NCBI GenBank assembly: GCA_016748015.1
Contig: JAAOMT010000602.1
Span: forward strand, 509,696-573,695
Length of the DNA: 64,000 bases
Direction: 5' to 3'
Origin: Geosiphon pyriformis uo1
Taxonomy: Eukaryota; Fungi; Glomeromycota
A program made the position numbers and the translations under genes. Under the pieces are notes generated by a model, which saw only the letters and a list, made by a program, of their open reading frames with translations, was not told the DNA's origin and did no database searches. This document shows positions 40,146 through 54,471 of the stretch, piece after piece (the first letter of the stretch is position 1; each line of letters begins with the position of its first letter).

Positions 40146-41522
40146 ATGAATATACAAAAATACCAATAACTTCAATATTATATAAATACTCAATTGTTCA
40201 AGGAGAAATTATCTCAAAAGAAACAAAGAAACATAAAACAACAATCAAAATATTTTATCAATCATCAAAATATACTTTACCAGAAGAACAAAAGAAATTC
40301 AGATCAACCAACCAAAGTAATCACAGAACCAAAAAAAAAGACAATATTGTTCAATATGTATTTAGATCCAACAGCAGGATATTTTCACAAAGAAGCAACC
40401 ATGAAAAGAACCATAAAAAGATACTATTGGCCATCAATATATCTAGACATCATCTAATATGTTCAAAATTGTGATGCTTGTCAGAGAAAAGAAGAAACAA
40501 AACCCAGTGAACTATTGAAACCAATCAAAGTGGGACAACCATTTGATTACATCAGAATTAACTTAGTTAGATTATTAACAATTACCAGCAGAGGCAACAA
40601 ATATATTGCAGTAGTTATGAATTATCTCACAAAATGGTGAGAAGCAAAAGCCATTCAAAGAGCAGATGCAGAATCCATTGCCAAATTTGTTTATTAAGAC
40701 TTAATCTGTCAACACAGATGCCCAAAAAAACTACTATCAGATCAAGGAACTCACTTTGTAAATAGAACATTGGCAGAATTAAGTCAGAAATTTGGAATAA
40801 AAAGACCATTATTATCACCATACCATCTGCAAACAAATGGGCTAGTTGAAAGGTTTAACAGAATATTGTATGAAGCCATTGTCAAAATCAGCTAAAAAAA
40901 TCAGGACAAATGAGATTTAATTATATCATCAGTATTATTTGCTTATTGAACAATGAAGCAAGATATTACACAAGCAACACCATTTAAATTAGTATACAGT
41001 AGAACAGCAACATTACCAATTAAGATAGAAGTCAGTATGTATCCAACAGAACCAATAACAGAAGAGAATTTTCAAAGAACATTGTTAAGAAAAACTTATG
41101 ACTTAATGGAAACACTAGAAAACACATGGTGAAGAGCAGCTGATAATATCCAAAAGTCACAAAAAAAACAAAAAGAAAGACATGATAACCAACTACTAAA
41201 GAAACCAATTGAATTCAAGATTGGAGACAAAGTACTTCTATATTGTACTAAAGTGGAAAAACAATGAAGTAAAAAATTTGACCCCAAATGAGATGGACCA
41301 TTTTACATAGAAGAAATTCTTGGAAATGGAGCTTATAAATTAAGATTGAACAACAAAATTTTAACCAAAGCAGTACATGATGATTAACTGAAATAATATT
41401 ACTATTTAGCATCATTATCTACTAGTAATATTTCACAATTAGAAGTACAAAGAATATTAGTCAAACCAGATAAGATTCTACGAGATCAAAAACCAATTAT
41501 AATCATTAAACCAAACACATAA
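40146..41522 (+). pseudogene. Integrase of B
   Basis: Starts MNIQKYQ. Contains CDAC, LLSDQG, NGLVERFN and DGPF. Confidence 0.9.
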
Positions 41523-41646
41523 AATTAAACAACCAAGAAGTATATAAAAACACTGTATACATGACAAAAGACAACAGAAAATAAAGATTACTAACAATAT
41601 TTACTTACTAACACAACAACTTTTCTAATTAATTCAACAACAAAAA

Positions 41647-42210
41647 ATGGAAATTACAATTAACCAATAAACTATTAGATACACAAACACCAGAAAAAGA
41701 CCATAAGATAAAATAAAAAGAAAAACAGAAACCACTGTTGACAAAATAATCACAAAAGTAAAATTGGCAATAGAAACACAACCAAAAGTTACCTAATATC
41801 AAGAGTTGACTATAGAAACTTGTAATTGGTGGATACAACAATTTCTAAAAAACTTTTGTTACTTTTATTTGGGACAATACTTGAACATTTAGGGCTTGTA
41901 TATGGATAAAACAAAACAATTATTTGACACAACAATACTGCAACAACTGGAACAATTTGTGGGAAAAAACAATTTGACCACACAAATAAGAGCCATTTAT
42001 TGGCTACATACCAGATTCCAAGATCGACCAGAAATCTTACTCAATTCAGAAATAAACACCATAACCATTAACCAAATGGGAAAAATAACCAATGCTCAAT
42101 TTGAAAAATTACAGAACAAGATAGCATAAGTAATTCTTGAAAAAGAAGTTCAAGAAATATTCAAAGATAGAAAATTAGAATTAAAAGATCTCAACAGAGC
42201 TTAATATTAA
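41647..42210 (+). pseudogene. Extra 3' ORF of B
   Basis: MEITIN...RAIYWLHTRF..NQMGKITNAQFEKLQ is homologous to the 3' ORF of A. Confidence 0.75.
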
Positions 42211-42223
42211 AAGAAGAAAATAA

Positions 42224-43024
42224 TATTACTCATAGAATATAAGAAGTATATATTAATATAAATTAGCCAATCAAAAATAACCATAGTAAATGTAAAATTC
42301 CAGGATTCCTCTTAGAGAAATTGCAAGATTCCAGGAATTTCAGGATTTTCATACAAGAAATTGCAGAATTCCAGAATTCCAGAATTCCTGGTATAAAGAA
42401 TTGAGGAATTGAGAAATCTTAATTATGTATATATAGTGGTAGAATTAGAAGCAGAAAGAACAGACCTCTCTATTCAGATTTAATCTAAGCAACCTTCCAT
42501 ATTACAAATATCAATAAATAATTATTCAATATCTCAAATTTCACTCTCCACTATCAACACTTCATGTTGATAACAATTGATACTTAACACCACTGGAATA
42601 ATAGCTCTTAATCATAACTATTGATGAGATACTAACACACAAATTGTCTTGACTTATTTTTTTTATTTTCTTTTATTTTTTTGTTATTTCTTTGAGTTAC
42701 TAATTGATTAAAAATTAAGTGCTGAATTATTGACATCAAGAATTGTCTGGTAAAAGACCCCTGCAAGTGGGTAGAGCATGTAAAAAATATAGATTACTTA
42801 CCAGAGGATTGCTGGCCATCAAGCTGAAGAAAAAAATTGACAGAATTGTGATTCTGGAAAGCTACGGAGAAACAACTATTGAATCTCTGTTCATTATACA
42901 AAGAACTCAACCAAAACCTTTAGATAATCATATCATTAGATTCTTATCATTACGAATAAGCTTTTGAGCACCAAGTTATGAGTTTTGTTATTTGCTTTAA
43001 GACCCCAAATAATCACATGTAACA
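42224..43024 (+). repeat. 3' LTR of B
   Basis: Direct repeat of the 5' LTR, lacking one U3 repeat unit. Confidence 0.93.
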
Positions 43025-45257
43025 GTGCAGATTTTTGTGGAAGCATTCTAGATAGGTAGTGACTGCTTTATTTTCCTCTTGCTTGATAGTGGTGAAGATA
43101 TTGATTAGATGATTAATACTATTATTATTGTTAAAATATTGTAAGAATCCAAGTTTGAATGCATTGAAATCTTAAAGTTTGTTGGCCAAGCTTTAATAAT
43201 ATGAGTTAGCAGTATTCTAAAGAAAGTATGGGATGGCTTGCATAGCTCAGGCATCATTTTATCTATTGGCTGTAATGGCTTTTTTGATATTGTTTAGCTA
43301 TACTTGGGTGTCATTCTCTTTACTGGTGAATTTTTTGATCTTGGTAATTGGTGCATATGTTATTTGTTGTTGTTGTTGTGATAATTGTTGAAGTGGTTGT
43401 TGCAATTGTTGTTGATATGGTAATTGTAACTGTTGAATCCTTTCAATTAGTGGCTGATCAATCACGTTTATCAAAGATAAGTTTTGTTGATTAATTATGT
43501 TGGAGTTTGGATTGTTCTGATTTTGAAAAGTTTGAAAATTTGGAGTTTCAATTTCTGAATTTTTCAAAATTGGGTTTTGCTGAGTTTGAACATTTGAGGT
43601 TTTGATTTTGGGGTTTTCAATAATTGGGTTTTGGTAATTAAATTCCTGATTGTTATTTTTTTTTGATTCTGTTATTTCTCAAGGACTCATGATTCCAAAA
43701 TCTGGTGAAAATGATGATAATCAAAATTCTGATGGCATCAGTAATCACAATTTAAATCCCTCAAAATATTTGCCATAGGTTCCTAATAGATTAGTTTTTG
43801 GTTGTTTACTTTGAAAGAGTATTTGTGCCAATCGAGTTTTTGTGTTTGATGTGAATGCACTTGTTGATGAGATGTTAATGGCACTTCCAGGTATATAGTA
43901 GTATGATGGATTGGTTGGTGATTTAAGTCTTGTTTTTTTCTAAGTAGGTGGTTGTATTTTTTAAGATGTCACTGCTGGTGTTTGTAGTTTTCCTTTGCTT
44001 TTGTTTGCATAGATAATTGGATATCTTTGTTGAGTGTGGATTTTAATTTTTTTATTGATTTCAGTAAGAATTGTTGTGAAATTATGATTTGTTAATAGGC
44101 TGGTATTTTGAATTAGTTTGTTGTAAAAATTTCTCTTGTGAAGTTGGTTTCTACTGGTACTCTTAGCAAATATGAGATTTTTTCATTAACATAGAAATTA
44201 AAGACTGATTCTGCTGATAAGTAGTTGTTGGTTAATCCCAAGTGTTGACAATAATGCTGAAACAAGGATTTGGCAAATTTTAAATAATTTGTTCCTATTT
44301 TTTCTGGTTCTGTCACTTTTGAATTGTTGTTGTGTTGGTGCTGGTTCTCTGTAGAATTATACCTTACAGGGAGCACTAAATGTTACAAGTGAATATTTGG
44401 AGTCTCAAAGCAAATAACAAACTTATAACTTGGTACTTAATAGCTTGAAATAGTTGGTAATATCTGAAAGTTGTTTGTATCTAAAGATCTTTGAAATCTG
44501 AAGATTTGGGTTGAAGTTCTTTGTATAATAGACAGAGATTTAATAGTGTCTCAGTAGTCTCCTGAAATCACAATTCCATTGAATTTTTTTCTTAGCATGG
44601 TGGCCGGTAATCTGGCAAAGATGCCCTTCTGGTAAGCTATTCTTGAATTATCAAACTTTATACTCTTCTTTTGAGATCTTTTACCAGGCTATCTTTGATG
44701 TTGATAACTCAATGCTTTACTTTTTAATCAATTAGTCAACAAAAAAAAATGACAAAATAACACCAAAAAAAAAAAAAAGAAAAAAATAAGCCAAGGCAAT
44801 AAATGTTAGTATTTTGTCAATAGTCATAATCAAGAGCTATTGTTCCAGTGTGTTTAAAGTATTAATTACTATCAACATAAAAAGTGGATAGTGAAGAGTG
44901 GATTTGAGATAATAAATAATTATTTATTGATATTTGTGATGTAGAAGATTGCTTAAATTAAATTTAAATTGAGAGATTTGTTCTTTCTACTTCTAACACT
45001 ACCACTATATATACATAATTGAAATTCCTCAATTCCTCTATTCTTCACACCAGAAATCCTGGAATTCCTGGAATCCTGCAATTTTTTTGAGAGAAATTCT
45101 GGAATTCTGGAATCCTGCAATTCCTCATACAAAAATCCTAAAATTTTTGGAATTCTGTAATTTTTCTAAGAGGAATCCTGGAATTCCATATTTACTACAT
45201 CTACTTTTAATTGGCTAATTTATATGCTAATATACTTCCTATATTTTATGAGTAACA
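43025..45257 (-). mobile_element. Ty3/Gypsy element D, 5' part (LTR 44381-45257, PBS, pre-gag ORF, gag start)
   Basis: Joins 33053 seamlessly across the GTGC TSD of B. PBS at 44362-44378. Confidence 0.9.
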
Positions 45258-45442
45258 ATATATTGTAAATAAAATATTATAATTAAAAAAGGTCTTAAGT
45301 CTAAAGCTAATTTGCCAAGAAACTTTCTCAATAAGATTATGTATTATCTTTTTCTATATAATTTAAAGTCTTTTAAGCAAATTCAGACTAAAAAAAAGTT
45401 AATATTAGTAATTATTTTTTTTAATGCTTTGAGTATTCTGGA
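45258..45442 (+). mobile_element. LINE-2 ORF2 middle piece (post-RT region)
   Basis: KGLKSKANLPRNF..LYNLKSFKQIQT is homologous to 59980-60140. It ends in the left copy of the LINE-3 TSD. Confidence 0.8.
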
Positions 45443-45587
45443 AAAAAACTTTTTTCTTTCCTTTATCCCAAATTCTCTAAAAAGAGTCAAAAAGTTTTTT
45501 TGAAAGAAGTTTTTTCACCATTTAGTACGATAAATCCAAACCATTTTTGCTTGATTACAAGGCTGCCATTGGTCCTAGTATTGCCGT

Positions 45588-46556
45588 TGTTACCGGAGGT
45601 TTTTGGTCTCTTTTCTTAAATGTTGTTAATGTTTGTTTATTGTAAATTCACGTTTTCTAGAAGTAGTTGAACCTCCAATAACTGAATTTATCTTCAAATT
45701 ATCTCCTATAATTTGAACTGCTGGGCTTATGAGTGGAATGGCCAATTCCATGCCAGTTACTTTGTGTAGTTACGTTGTAGTAAATGTCAACTCTTTCCCA
45801 GGAATTGCTTGTCTGAAAGCTCACTAAAATGTGTAGTTACTTTATTGTGAAAGTCAACTCTTCTACAGGAATCTTGTTTGTAGGCTACCCTAATGATTGT
45901 AATAAGAAAAAAAAAGAAAATAAAAGAAATATAAAAGAAATAGAATTTTATCAAGGGAAACGTTTTCTATCCAGGCCTGGAGTCATTAACAGTTTATTGA
46001 AATTGGTAGCTAATCAATTTCAAAACGTTAGTTGTGTTGAGGGAATTTCAAGTGTAATAATTTAAGGATTTGGTTTTCGAATATTTAATTTTTATTTAAT
46101 TTTGTAAAAAAAAAGTGATTTGTTCTAATTAAGATATCTAGAGTAAGATACTATGGTAAGATCTGAAAGGATACATTTTCTTGAAGAAAGAAGCTTTTCT
46201 TTTATACAACTTGTTGTAGTACTAGTCTTTGAACTTGCACTTTTCTCTTTTCTACAATTTGGGTGAACTAAAGATACATTTCGGCAAACTACAAGTTATT
46301 TCTACGAATTATTAATTATTTTGGCGATTTTTCCATTAATTTTGGCGAATTTTGACTATATTAAATGGTTTAGGGTATTGTGTAATTTGATTATCTTAAT
46401 TTCTATAGTACAAATCGGGTTATTGATTGAGTAATAATATTTGATAATTTGGCTAATTAATAAGTGATAATCGAAATGATAATAATATGCTACTTAATAA
46501 TAAGAATTATGAAGATAATTTCATGCTAATTAATAGCTAAAATTCCACTGGTAACA
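45588..46556 (-). repeat. 3' LTR of C
   Basis: TGTTACCGG...CTGGTAACA, a direct repeat of 54495-55463. Confidence 0.95.
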
Positions 46557-46567
46557 TAATCTTCTCC

Positions 46568-47246
46568 TCAAGATTGAGCTCCATCAAAGTCCAAGCATTA
46601 TCTGTGATGTCAAAATAATGGTCCAGAATAATTGAAGTGATTTGGTCTGAAAATTGTTGAAATTTCAGTTCTGTGAGTTTGCCAATGTATTGAACTTTCA
46701 TTGGTTGCAGTATTGGATTTTGTAGGACATTTTCGCAAGTGTTGAATAAATCATAGAGTCTAAAAGCTGCTCTAAGTTTGTAGCAAGTGTTTGTTGGTCC
46801 AGCTGCTGCCTTAAATTCATTGTGAATTTGTTTTTGTACTGTCTCAGGAGTGATGTTGGTTGCTTCAAGTTCCAGTTTTCGTTCATAAAGTGTTTTTCCA
46901 ATAAGAAAATATCTATATATATAGGGGTATATTCATTGTTCTGTTCATTAAAGAATAGTAGAAGTTTTTGTTGCAATGTGACATTTGGTAGAATGTCAAT
47001 AGGGGCAATTAAAAGATTTTTTTTCAATGCTTGCTTCAAAAGTTCTGGTAACCTATTTCCAGAGTGACTTCTTGTTTTTCTTCTATAGGGGTAATAGTTT
47101 TGAGTATTATTTACTACTGGGGCTGTGGTTTCTTTCTGAATGTAATTAATTTGACTTCCATTAATCATTATGAATAAGTCAGGAAGTGTTTTCAAGGCTA
47201 ACATTAATTTTTGGGATATTTGTTGAATATTTCAGAGAATAATCAT
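46568..47246 (-). pseudogene. Extra 3' ORF of C (unknown function)
   Basis: 168-aa open stretch 46698-47204. Its C-terminal continuation LAKLTELKFQQFSDQITSIIL..LDFDGAQS* aligns with A's LGKITNAQFEELQTQITQVIL..LDFNGTQY*. Confidence 0.7.
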
Positions 47247-47402
47247 GATAAAATGACTAATTAATAAAGAAAAGAACAAAGAAAATTCTTTTTGGGTATA
47301 AGATTTTTATTTGTTTTTGGGTTTGAATGTTTTTTGTGATTATTTACTATTTTTGTTTTATATTTTGTCTATATTTTTCAAAGGATTATTATAGATATTA
47401 AA

Positions 47403-48777
47403 TTAAGTGTTCAAGTTTGGTTGTTGTTTTATTATAACTATTGGTTCTAAATTTTGGAGAATATCTTCAGGATTAACTAAAGAGGAATGTGTACCAATTT
47501 GTGGAATTAATAGTTCAGGATTGTTTCTAAAATAATAGTGTTTCAATCTATTTCTATGTGCAACTTTTATTAGCACTTTGTCATCAAGTCTTAACTTGTA
47601 TGCTCTATTGTCTAAAATTTTATAGATATAAAATGGTCTATCCCATTTATGTTCAAATTTTCCACTCCATTGTTTTTCAGTCTTAGTTCTGTGTAAGAGA
47701 ACTTTATTTCCAACCTTAAATTTGTTGATAACTGATGGCAGTTTGTTGTTATGTTTTTCTTTTTGTAGAGCTTGGGAATGTTCAATATGAGTTGCTGCTA
47801 TCCTTTTTTTTTCTTTCAGTGTACTAAGAAGAGTGTAAGCTCTTCTTTGGAGTGTTTCTTGAAAGTTTTCTTCATTAATTGGTTGTACAGAGTATGTTTC
47901 CACTATAAAATTAATTGGTAATATTGCTGTCCTTCCATAAGTTAAATCAAATAGTGTGTGTTTCATAGTATCTTGTTTTAGTGTTCTGTATGCTAATAAC
48001 ACTGATGGAATAAAGATATCCTATTTCTGCTCAAAATCTGTTGAGACTTTGGCTAAAGATTTACACAATGTTCTGTTGAAACATTCTACAAGTCCATTTG
48101 TTTGAGGGTAATAAGGTGATGATAGAAGTCTTTTGACATTGAATCATTCACAAATTTCTTGTATCAAGTTATTTACAAAATGTGTTTTTTAATCAGATAA
48201 AAGTTCAATTAGGCATTTATGTCTACAAATAATGTCTTCATAGATGAAATTTGCTATTGATTTTGCATCTGCTTTTTGAATGGCTCTAGCTTCAGGCCAT
48301 TTAATAAAATAATCTACTGCAATTGCAATATAATAATTTTCTTGGGTTGTGATAAGTAATGGTCTAACTAAATCAATTCCAATTCTGTCAAAAGATTGTC
48401 CAACTTTGATTGAATTTAAAGGTTTTGTGAAGTGAGTTTCTCCTCTTTTTTGACAACTATCACAAGATTCTATATATTGTTGAATGTCTTTTTGCATTTG
48501 AGGCCAAAAATAATGTTCAAGAGTTCTTTGAATTGTTCTATCTCTTCCCAAATATGCTGAAAAAGAATCTGTATAGGATTGTTTCTTTTTTATTTTTTTG
48601 TACTAGTCTGAGTGATTAGTTTGGGTTTTTACAATTTTTGTAATAAATTTTGTTGTGGTGTATAAAATATTGTTTGAATTGGTGTTGTAATCGATGTTTT
48701 TTACTTGGAAACCAATTTTCTGGCATGGTAAGAGTCTCCAAATAGTTTTTAAGATTGTTGTAATTTCTGGAGTCCAT
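47403..48777 (-). pseudogene. Integrase of C
   Basis: Starts MDSRNY. Contains CDSC, GIDLV, LLSD, NGLVECFN and WDRPF. Confidence 0.9.
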
Positions 48778-48833
48778 TGTTGTTTTGTTATTTATTGGTA
48801 GGTTGATAAGTTGTAGTGAATTTGTTGGTGTTA

Positions 48834-51800
48834 TTAATTTTGTCTCATTCTTGAAAGACTATCAACATTGGTGTGTAATTTTCCTGGTTTGTGGTGTACA
48901 ATATATTTGTAATGTGCTAGAAAGTCATTCTATTAAGCCTGTTTGGCACTTTGTTCAGTTTTCTTTTTATTAAGCTATTTGAGGCCAATATTGTCAGTTA
49001 TGATGTCAAATTTTTTTCTATTTTTCAGGTATTGTTGAAAGTGTTTGAGAGCCCAGATAACTGTGGTAGCTTTTAATTCAGTTGAGCCATATTTGAGTTC
49101 TGTTGGCTTAAGTGTTCTATTGACATAGACAATGACTTGTTCCTGGCCATTTTCATCTAATTGTGATAGGATGGCACCAAATGTTATATGTAAAACATCA
49201 ATGGCTAGTTAAAACTATTTGTTGAAGTCTGGATAAACAAGAACTGAGACTGTTGTCAATTTTGTTTTGAGGGTTTCAAAAGCTTTTTGTTGTTCTTCAG
49301 TCCATTGATATAACACATTTTTGTTGGTGAGATAGTTGAGTGGTTTGGCAATTTTTGAGAATTCTTTTATAAATTTTCTATAATAAGAGGCTAATTTTAC
49401 AAATTTTCATAGCTCTGTGGTATTTTTAGAAGTTTGAAAGTTTTTGACAGCACTGATTGTTTTAGAGTTTGGTTTGACTCCATTTTTGCTAACAATGTGT
49501 CCAAGAAAGATTAAGCTTGTTTTTCCAAAATGACATTTCTCAATATTCAACTTTAATCTTGCTTTCTGTAATTGTTGAAAAACTTCTCGCAGGTAGATAA
49601 GATGGGCTTTAAAGCTTGGTGAGTATACATCAGTGTTATCAAGGTAGACAACTACTAATTGTTATAAGATTTCTTTATATACAATATCCATGAGTTGTTG
49701 GAATGTTGCTGGTGCATTGCAAAGTCCAAAGAGCATAACATTGAACTCATAGTTTTCTCCTTGAGTGGTAAATGCTGTTTTGGATCAATTTTTTGGGTCC
49801 ATTTCGACTTGTCAGTATTTACTTTCCAAGTCTAAAGTTGAAAAAAACTTGGCTTTTCCTAAAGCATCTAGCATGTCATTAATTCTTGGAAGTGAATAGA
49901 CATCTCCAATTGTAACACTATTCAGTTGTCTATAATCAACACAGAATCTGATTTTTCTGTTTTTTTTTTTGACTAAAACTACTGATAAGGCCCATGAACT
50001 TCTTGATGATTGAATCAATTCATTATTGAGCATTTTTTGGATCTCTTTTTTGATGAATTGGTGGCTGGTAGATGGTACTCAATAAGCTTGTTGTCATTTT
50101 GGTAAAGCATCTCTTGTGTGAATTTGGTGTTGGACAATATCAGTTTTTCCAAGATCATTGTTGTCTTTTGCAAATATATCTGCAAATTCAGTTATCAGTT
50201 GTTTCAATTGTCTTTGTTGTTGGGGTTCTAAGAAACTCATGTTAATTCGAGAGAGTTTTTTTTCCAAAAGGTGGTAGTTTTCAGTAGTAGGATTGATATT
50301 TGGATTTGAAAGTAGGGTATGTCTTACAATTTCGATGAAATTAGAGACAATTTGAGAGTTTTCATCTTAAAAGATGTTACTATGTATGATTTCAATCTCT
50401 AATTTATTTAATAAAACAATAGGGTAGTTGTTGGAGTTGTAGAATGTAACTCAAAATTTTTTCATTTCTTTGGGAATATAAACGTTTAAGATTGAGATTT
50501 CATGCTTTAAACAGATTTGTTTATTGGACTCAAAAATTTGTTGGGTAGTGGTGGGTTTTGAGCAAGTGTAAATTTCGTGATGTTCACCAAAAGGTAAAAT
50601 AATAATTGGTTGAGGAAGTTGGAGAATCTGGTGAGATTCATTCTGTGTGTTGAGAGCTATGTTTACTGGTATTGCAAATTGTCCAGTTGAACCAAAACCT
50701 TGAGTTCTTCTTTCACTTTTTCCCAATTGTTCTCTGTTGTTTACTGATTGTAAACCCGAAATGTTGATTAAGAGTAAGTAAATTGCTTGGGCAATTTTCT
50801 CAACATGTTCAATCCTGAATGGTTTGTCTGTTTCATTCTGTAACATGATGGTAATGTCTCTAGTATATCCTGCATCTATGACTTCTCCTCTAATGTTGAT
50901 TTCTTTGCTTGCCAATGATAATCTGGATGCAATTTAAACTATTGCTCCAGGTGGAATTTCAAGAGCAATTTTAAGATTAATTTTTGTTAAGAACTTTGGT
51001 TGGAGAACCAAAGTGTCTTTGCCAGAATATCTGAGGTCATATCCTGCATCAATTTCGTGAGCTTTTTCTGGTTTTATTCTTTGCCCATTGTTGTCAAAGT
51101 ATTTAAGTTGTATAGTGGACTGGTTTTCAATAAGATAAATTGATGTTGTTGTGATTTCTTTCTTTGTTTCAAGTTTCCCAAATTCAATTTCTTCCTGGTC
51201 ATTTTCATTGGACAGAGGAATACTAAGAGCATAGCATTTTGAACACTATTTGTTATCACAAAGCATGATGCATTCTTTACACAATTGAATGTTCATTTGC
51301 TCTAATCATTGAATTTGAGCTTCTTGTGTTGGATATGTGTGGTTTGCAATTTGGTGGTATGTCTCTACTTTATCTTCATAGTTGAATCTAGCTAATTCCA
51401 TTGTGTATTCAATATACTCAGCTTCTTTCATTTGGCAGATATCTTCTTGTGTGGCTCTATTAATTAAAGCCATTGTTAAATCAAAGATCATTTCAGCATC
51501 ATGAGGATAATGGTAAAGTTTATTGAGAGCATTGTTGTATGCTACATCAAATAGTGTTCCTCTTTTGACTTTTTCCGAAATTGATAAAACATATTGACAG
51601 GTTTGGTCACATACTTCTCTTCTCATTGCAACATCAATTCAGTTGCATTCTTTTGGTAGCATATCTCCACATGTAAGACAAGATGTGTTGTCCCATTTTC
51701 TACTTCTTTTTGGAGATCCAAATCGTTCTCTATGGTATGCTTTGCAGAAGTAGCAAGTGCGAGTTTCATATTTCTTTTCTGGGGAAATACAGACTCTCAT

Positions 51801-54471
51801 AGATGAAAGTTTCTTTTTGTAAACTTTGCAATTTAATAAAATATATGGTAGTTCTTTTCGTGGTTTCAGTGTGCAATATCTAACTTTCTTCCATCCTCTT
51901 GATTTTTCAAAAATCTCTTGTTTTGTTTCCTCAGCCCAATTGGATGTTGATCCAAGAGCCATATAGGTTTCAGTGAGTGGCATTTCTTTTTCTTCTTCAA
52001 ATTCAAATACTGGGGCTTTTTCTGATTGTTTGTTGAAAGTTCCACAAGTAGCAGGCACTATGGTATATTGTCCTTGATAGGAGATTTTTAGTTTCTGAGT
52101 TTCCCAGTCTAAGTTTGCATTGGCTTTAAGAAGCTAATTATTTCCGACTAGAGCTTGGTATTGGGGTGTATCCATGACTAGAACTTTGACTGGAATGATG
52201 ATTCCATTAATAATAAATGGAAAATTGTCAATTTTTCCTACTGGTGTCTTTTTCATACCATCTGCTATAACAATTACAGTTTGGGCTGGTCTGTCAACAG
52301 TTCTTTGAAGCTGTTGTATTAACTGGTAGGTAATAATACTTCTAGTTGATTCACTGTTTAGAATTAATCGGATGGGTTTTTCTTTTACTGTAGCTTCAAT
52401 GTACATGACAGTAATAGCTTTTTGCTCATTAATTGTTGTATTGCTAAGCAAGAATGGTGATTCATTTGCTTCAAATTTGAATGAGAATATATCTGAAAGG
52501 TTGGTATTTTGGGCAATTTGGGCTGGTGGAATGGTATTGTTGGAAGGGTTTGGTGTTGCAACTTTACTTTCAGAAAGTGCAGTTTGTTGAAAATCCGATC
52601 CTTCTGGCATTGTAAGATAACTGGGTTGAGTATAATAGTGGTTGGGTCTTTGCTGACCAGAAATTCAGGGAACCAACTGGTTATTTGGGTTGATTCTGTT
52701 GTTATTATTTTAAAATTGATTTTGGAATGTGAATTAGTTATGTTGAACCAATTTTCTGGCTGGTATTTAATATTGTTGAGTGAGTGGTATTTGATATTGC
52801 TGAATTGGTAAAGGTTGCTTATATTGTTGCTGCATTGGTTGTGGAGCTGATTGATAGTAGCTGTTTTAATTTTGTGGTCTTGGTGAATAATAGGTTGGTG
52901 GTGGAGGTTGGTAATAAGATTGTTGTAGTGAAGAATAACGTTGATTACTCCTGTTTTGTTGGTCTCTTTGCAATTTTCTGCAATCTCATTTCCAGTGTCT
53001 TGGAATTTCACAATAATAACAATTTTGAGGTTGGTTATTAAATGGTGAACCAAAATTGTTTTGGTTACATCGTTGTGGTGGTTGATATCTTTGTGATTGT
53101 TAATGTTGTTGTTGGTTTGTAAAGTAGTTTTCAACTTTTTTTGTGAGTTGGTATATTTTTTTTTCAGCTGCTGAGCTGGTTTTTCCAATAGCTAAGTTGA
53201 TAAGTTTGGTGTGGTTTGCTTCTTTCATAGCCATTTCATAGTTCTTTGCATGTCTAATGGCTGTTGTTAAGTTTTCTGGGACATGTGGGTAAACTTTCTT
53301 GATTAATTTGTCCTTTAATTCTACTATAAACTAATCCAGAATCTGGGCATCAGAATAGTATTTATTAGTTTCCAATTGTCAAATTCGTCGAAGAAGTTTG
53401 TTAAATCTTCCCAGATAGGTCATAACAGTTTTAGATGTTTCTTGTTTAATATTGCAAAAGCGATTATGAAGAGTAATAAATGTGTTATTGTCAGTGAATT
53501 GTTGTAAGAAAGCATCTTTGAATGCTTGCCAGTTTTCAAATAGTTCTCCTAAATTTTCAAACCATTCTCCTGCAGTTTTTTGGAAGAATTATGGAATTGC
53601 TTTGAGCATTTTTGCTGCAGCCCAACCATTTGCATCTCCTGCTTTTTGAACTTTGTCAAGCCATTTTTGAGGACTGGTATCATCATCTTCACTAGTAAAT
53701 TCTGGAATTTTTGCAATATAAGCAGTGGCCATTTTTTCTTCATTTTCTGTAGTTTTTTTTTGTTCTGATTCAGTTTCTTCACTTTTCAGACTCTTTGAAT
53801 GATTACTTTCATTTTTCTGTAAGTAATCAATGATATTGGCACTTGTTAATATTGGTTTCTGCTGTTGAGTGGGATTTCTAAGTGACTGAAAATCTTTTGG
53901 TCTGGAGAAATGGTTAAGTAGTGAACTTGGTGTTTGTGGTTGAGCAAGTGAAATTGGAAATGGTGTAATAGAAAGTGGTAATTTAGCACTGGTTCCTTGT
54001 TCAGGTGTTTGCAAGTGTTTGGTAGTTGTCTTTTGTAGTATTGGAGTGTTTGGAATGGTTTTTGGATATTGCTTCAATTTTTGTTTGCCTTTGTTGCTTG
54101 TTTCTGTTTCTAATTCAAAGTTAATAGAGTATTGAGACTATACTGGGTATTTTTCTTCACAATACTCAATAATGTTAAAATTAAGTTCTTGAAAATAAAT
54201 AGCAAGTGTTTTACTGTTCAAGTCTTCCATTCCTAATTGTGAATATTGTATTAAATTATTGTAGAGGTTGTTTCTGACTTCTGAAATGTTGTAGTTTCCA
54301 AGAAGATAGTTGTTGATGCAATTTTTATTGTATTAGTATAGTGATTTCTTGAAAATTTCAATTCTGTCTTGGATGTTGAATCTTTGTTTGCAGTGTGTGT
54401 AGATTAACTGATAATACTCTAGAGTTGTTGTGTCTGGTGTGGTCACTACTTTGAATTTGTTGTTGCTGTGT
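48834..54471 (-). pseudogene. Element C polyprotein (pre-gag, Gag from ATG 53732, CCHC, PR, Cys-rich, dUTPase ~50680-51070, RT, RNase H)
   Basis: Motifs MATAYIAKIPEF, CYYCEIPRHWK*DC, LILNS, DAGYDL/SRLSLA/VIDAGY/IAQAIY/QGFGSTG, RFCVDYR and NVDSLSRMRQN*. Confidence 0.92.

Larger units (their letters stand above)
33054..43024 (+). mobile_element. Full-length Ty3/Gypsy LTR retrotransposon B (A family)
   Basis: LTRs 33054-33883 and 42224-43024, PBS 33886-33902, PPT 42209-42223. Perfect 4-bp TSD GTGC. Confidence 0.96.

Noticed and set aside
45812-46065. Repeated ORF CSYFxVKVNSSTGILFVGYP (also 54691-54924) as a gene
   Set aside because: It recurs only because the LTR is duplicated, is antisense to the element and is broken in the solo LTR.
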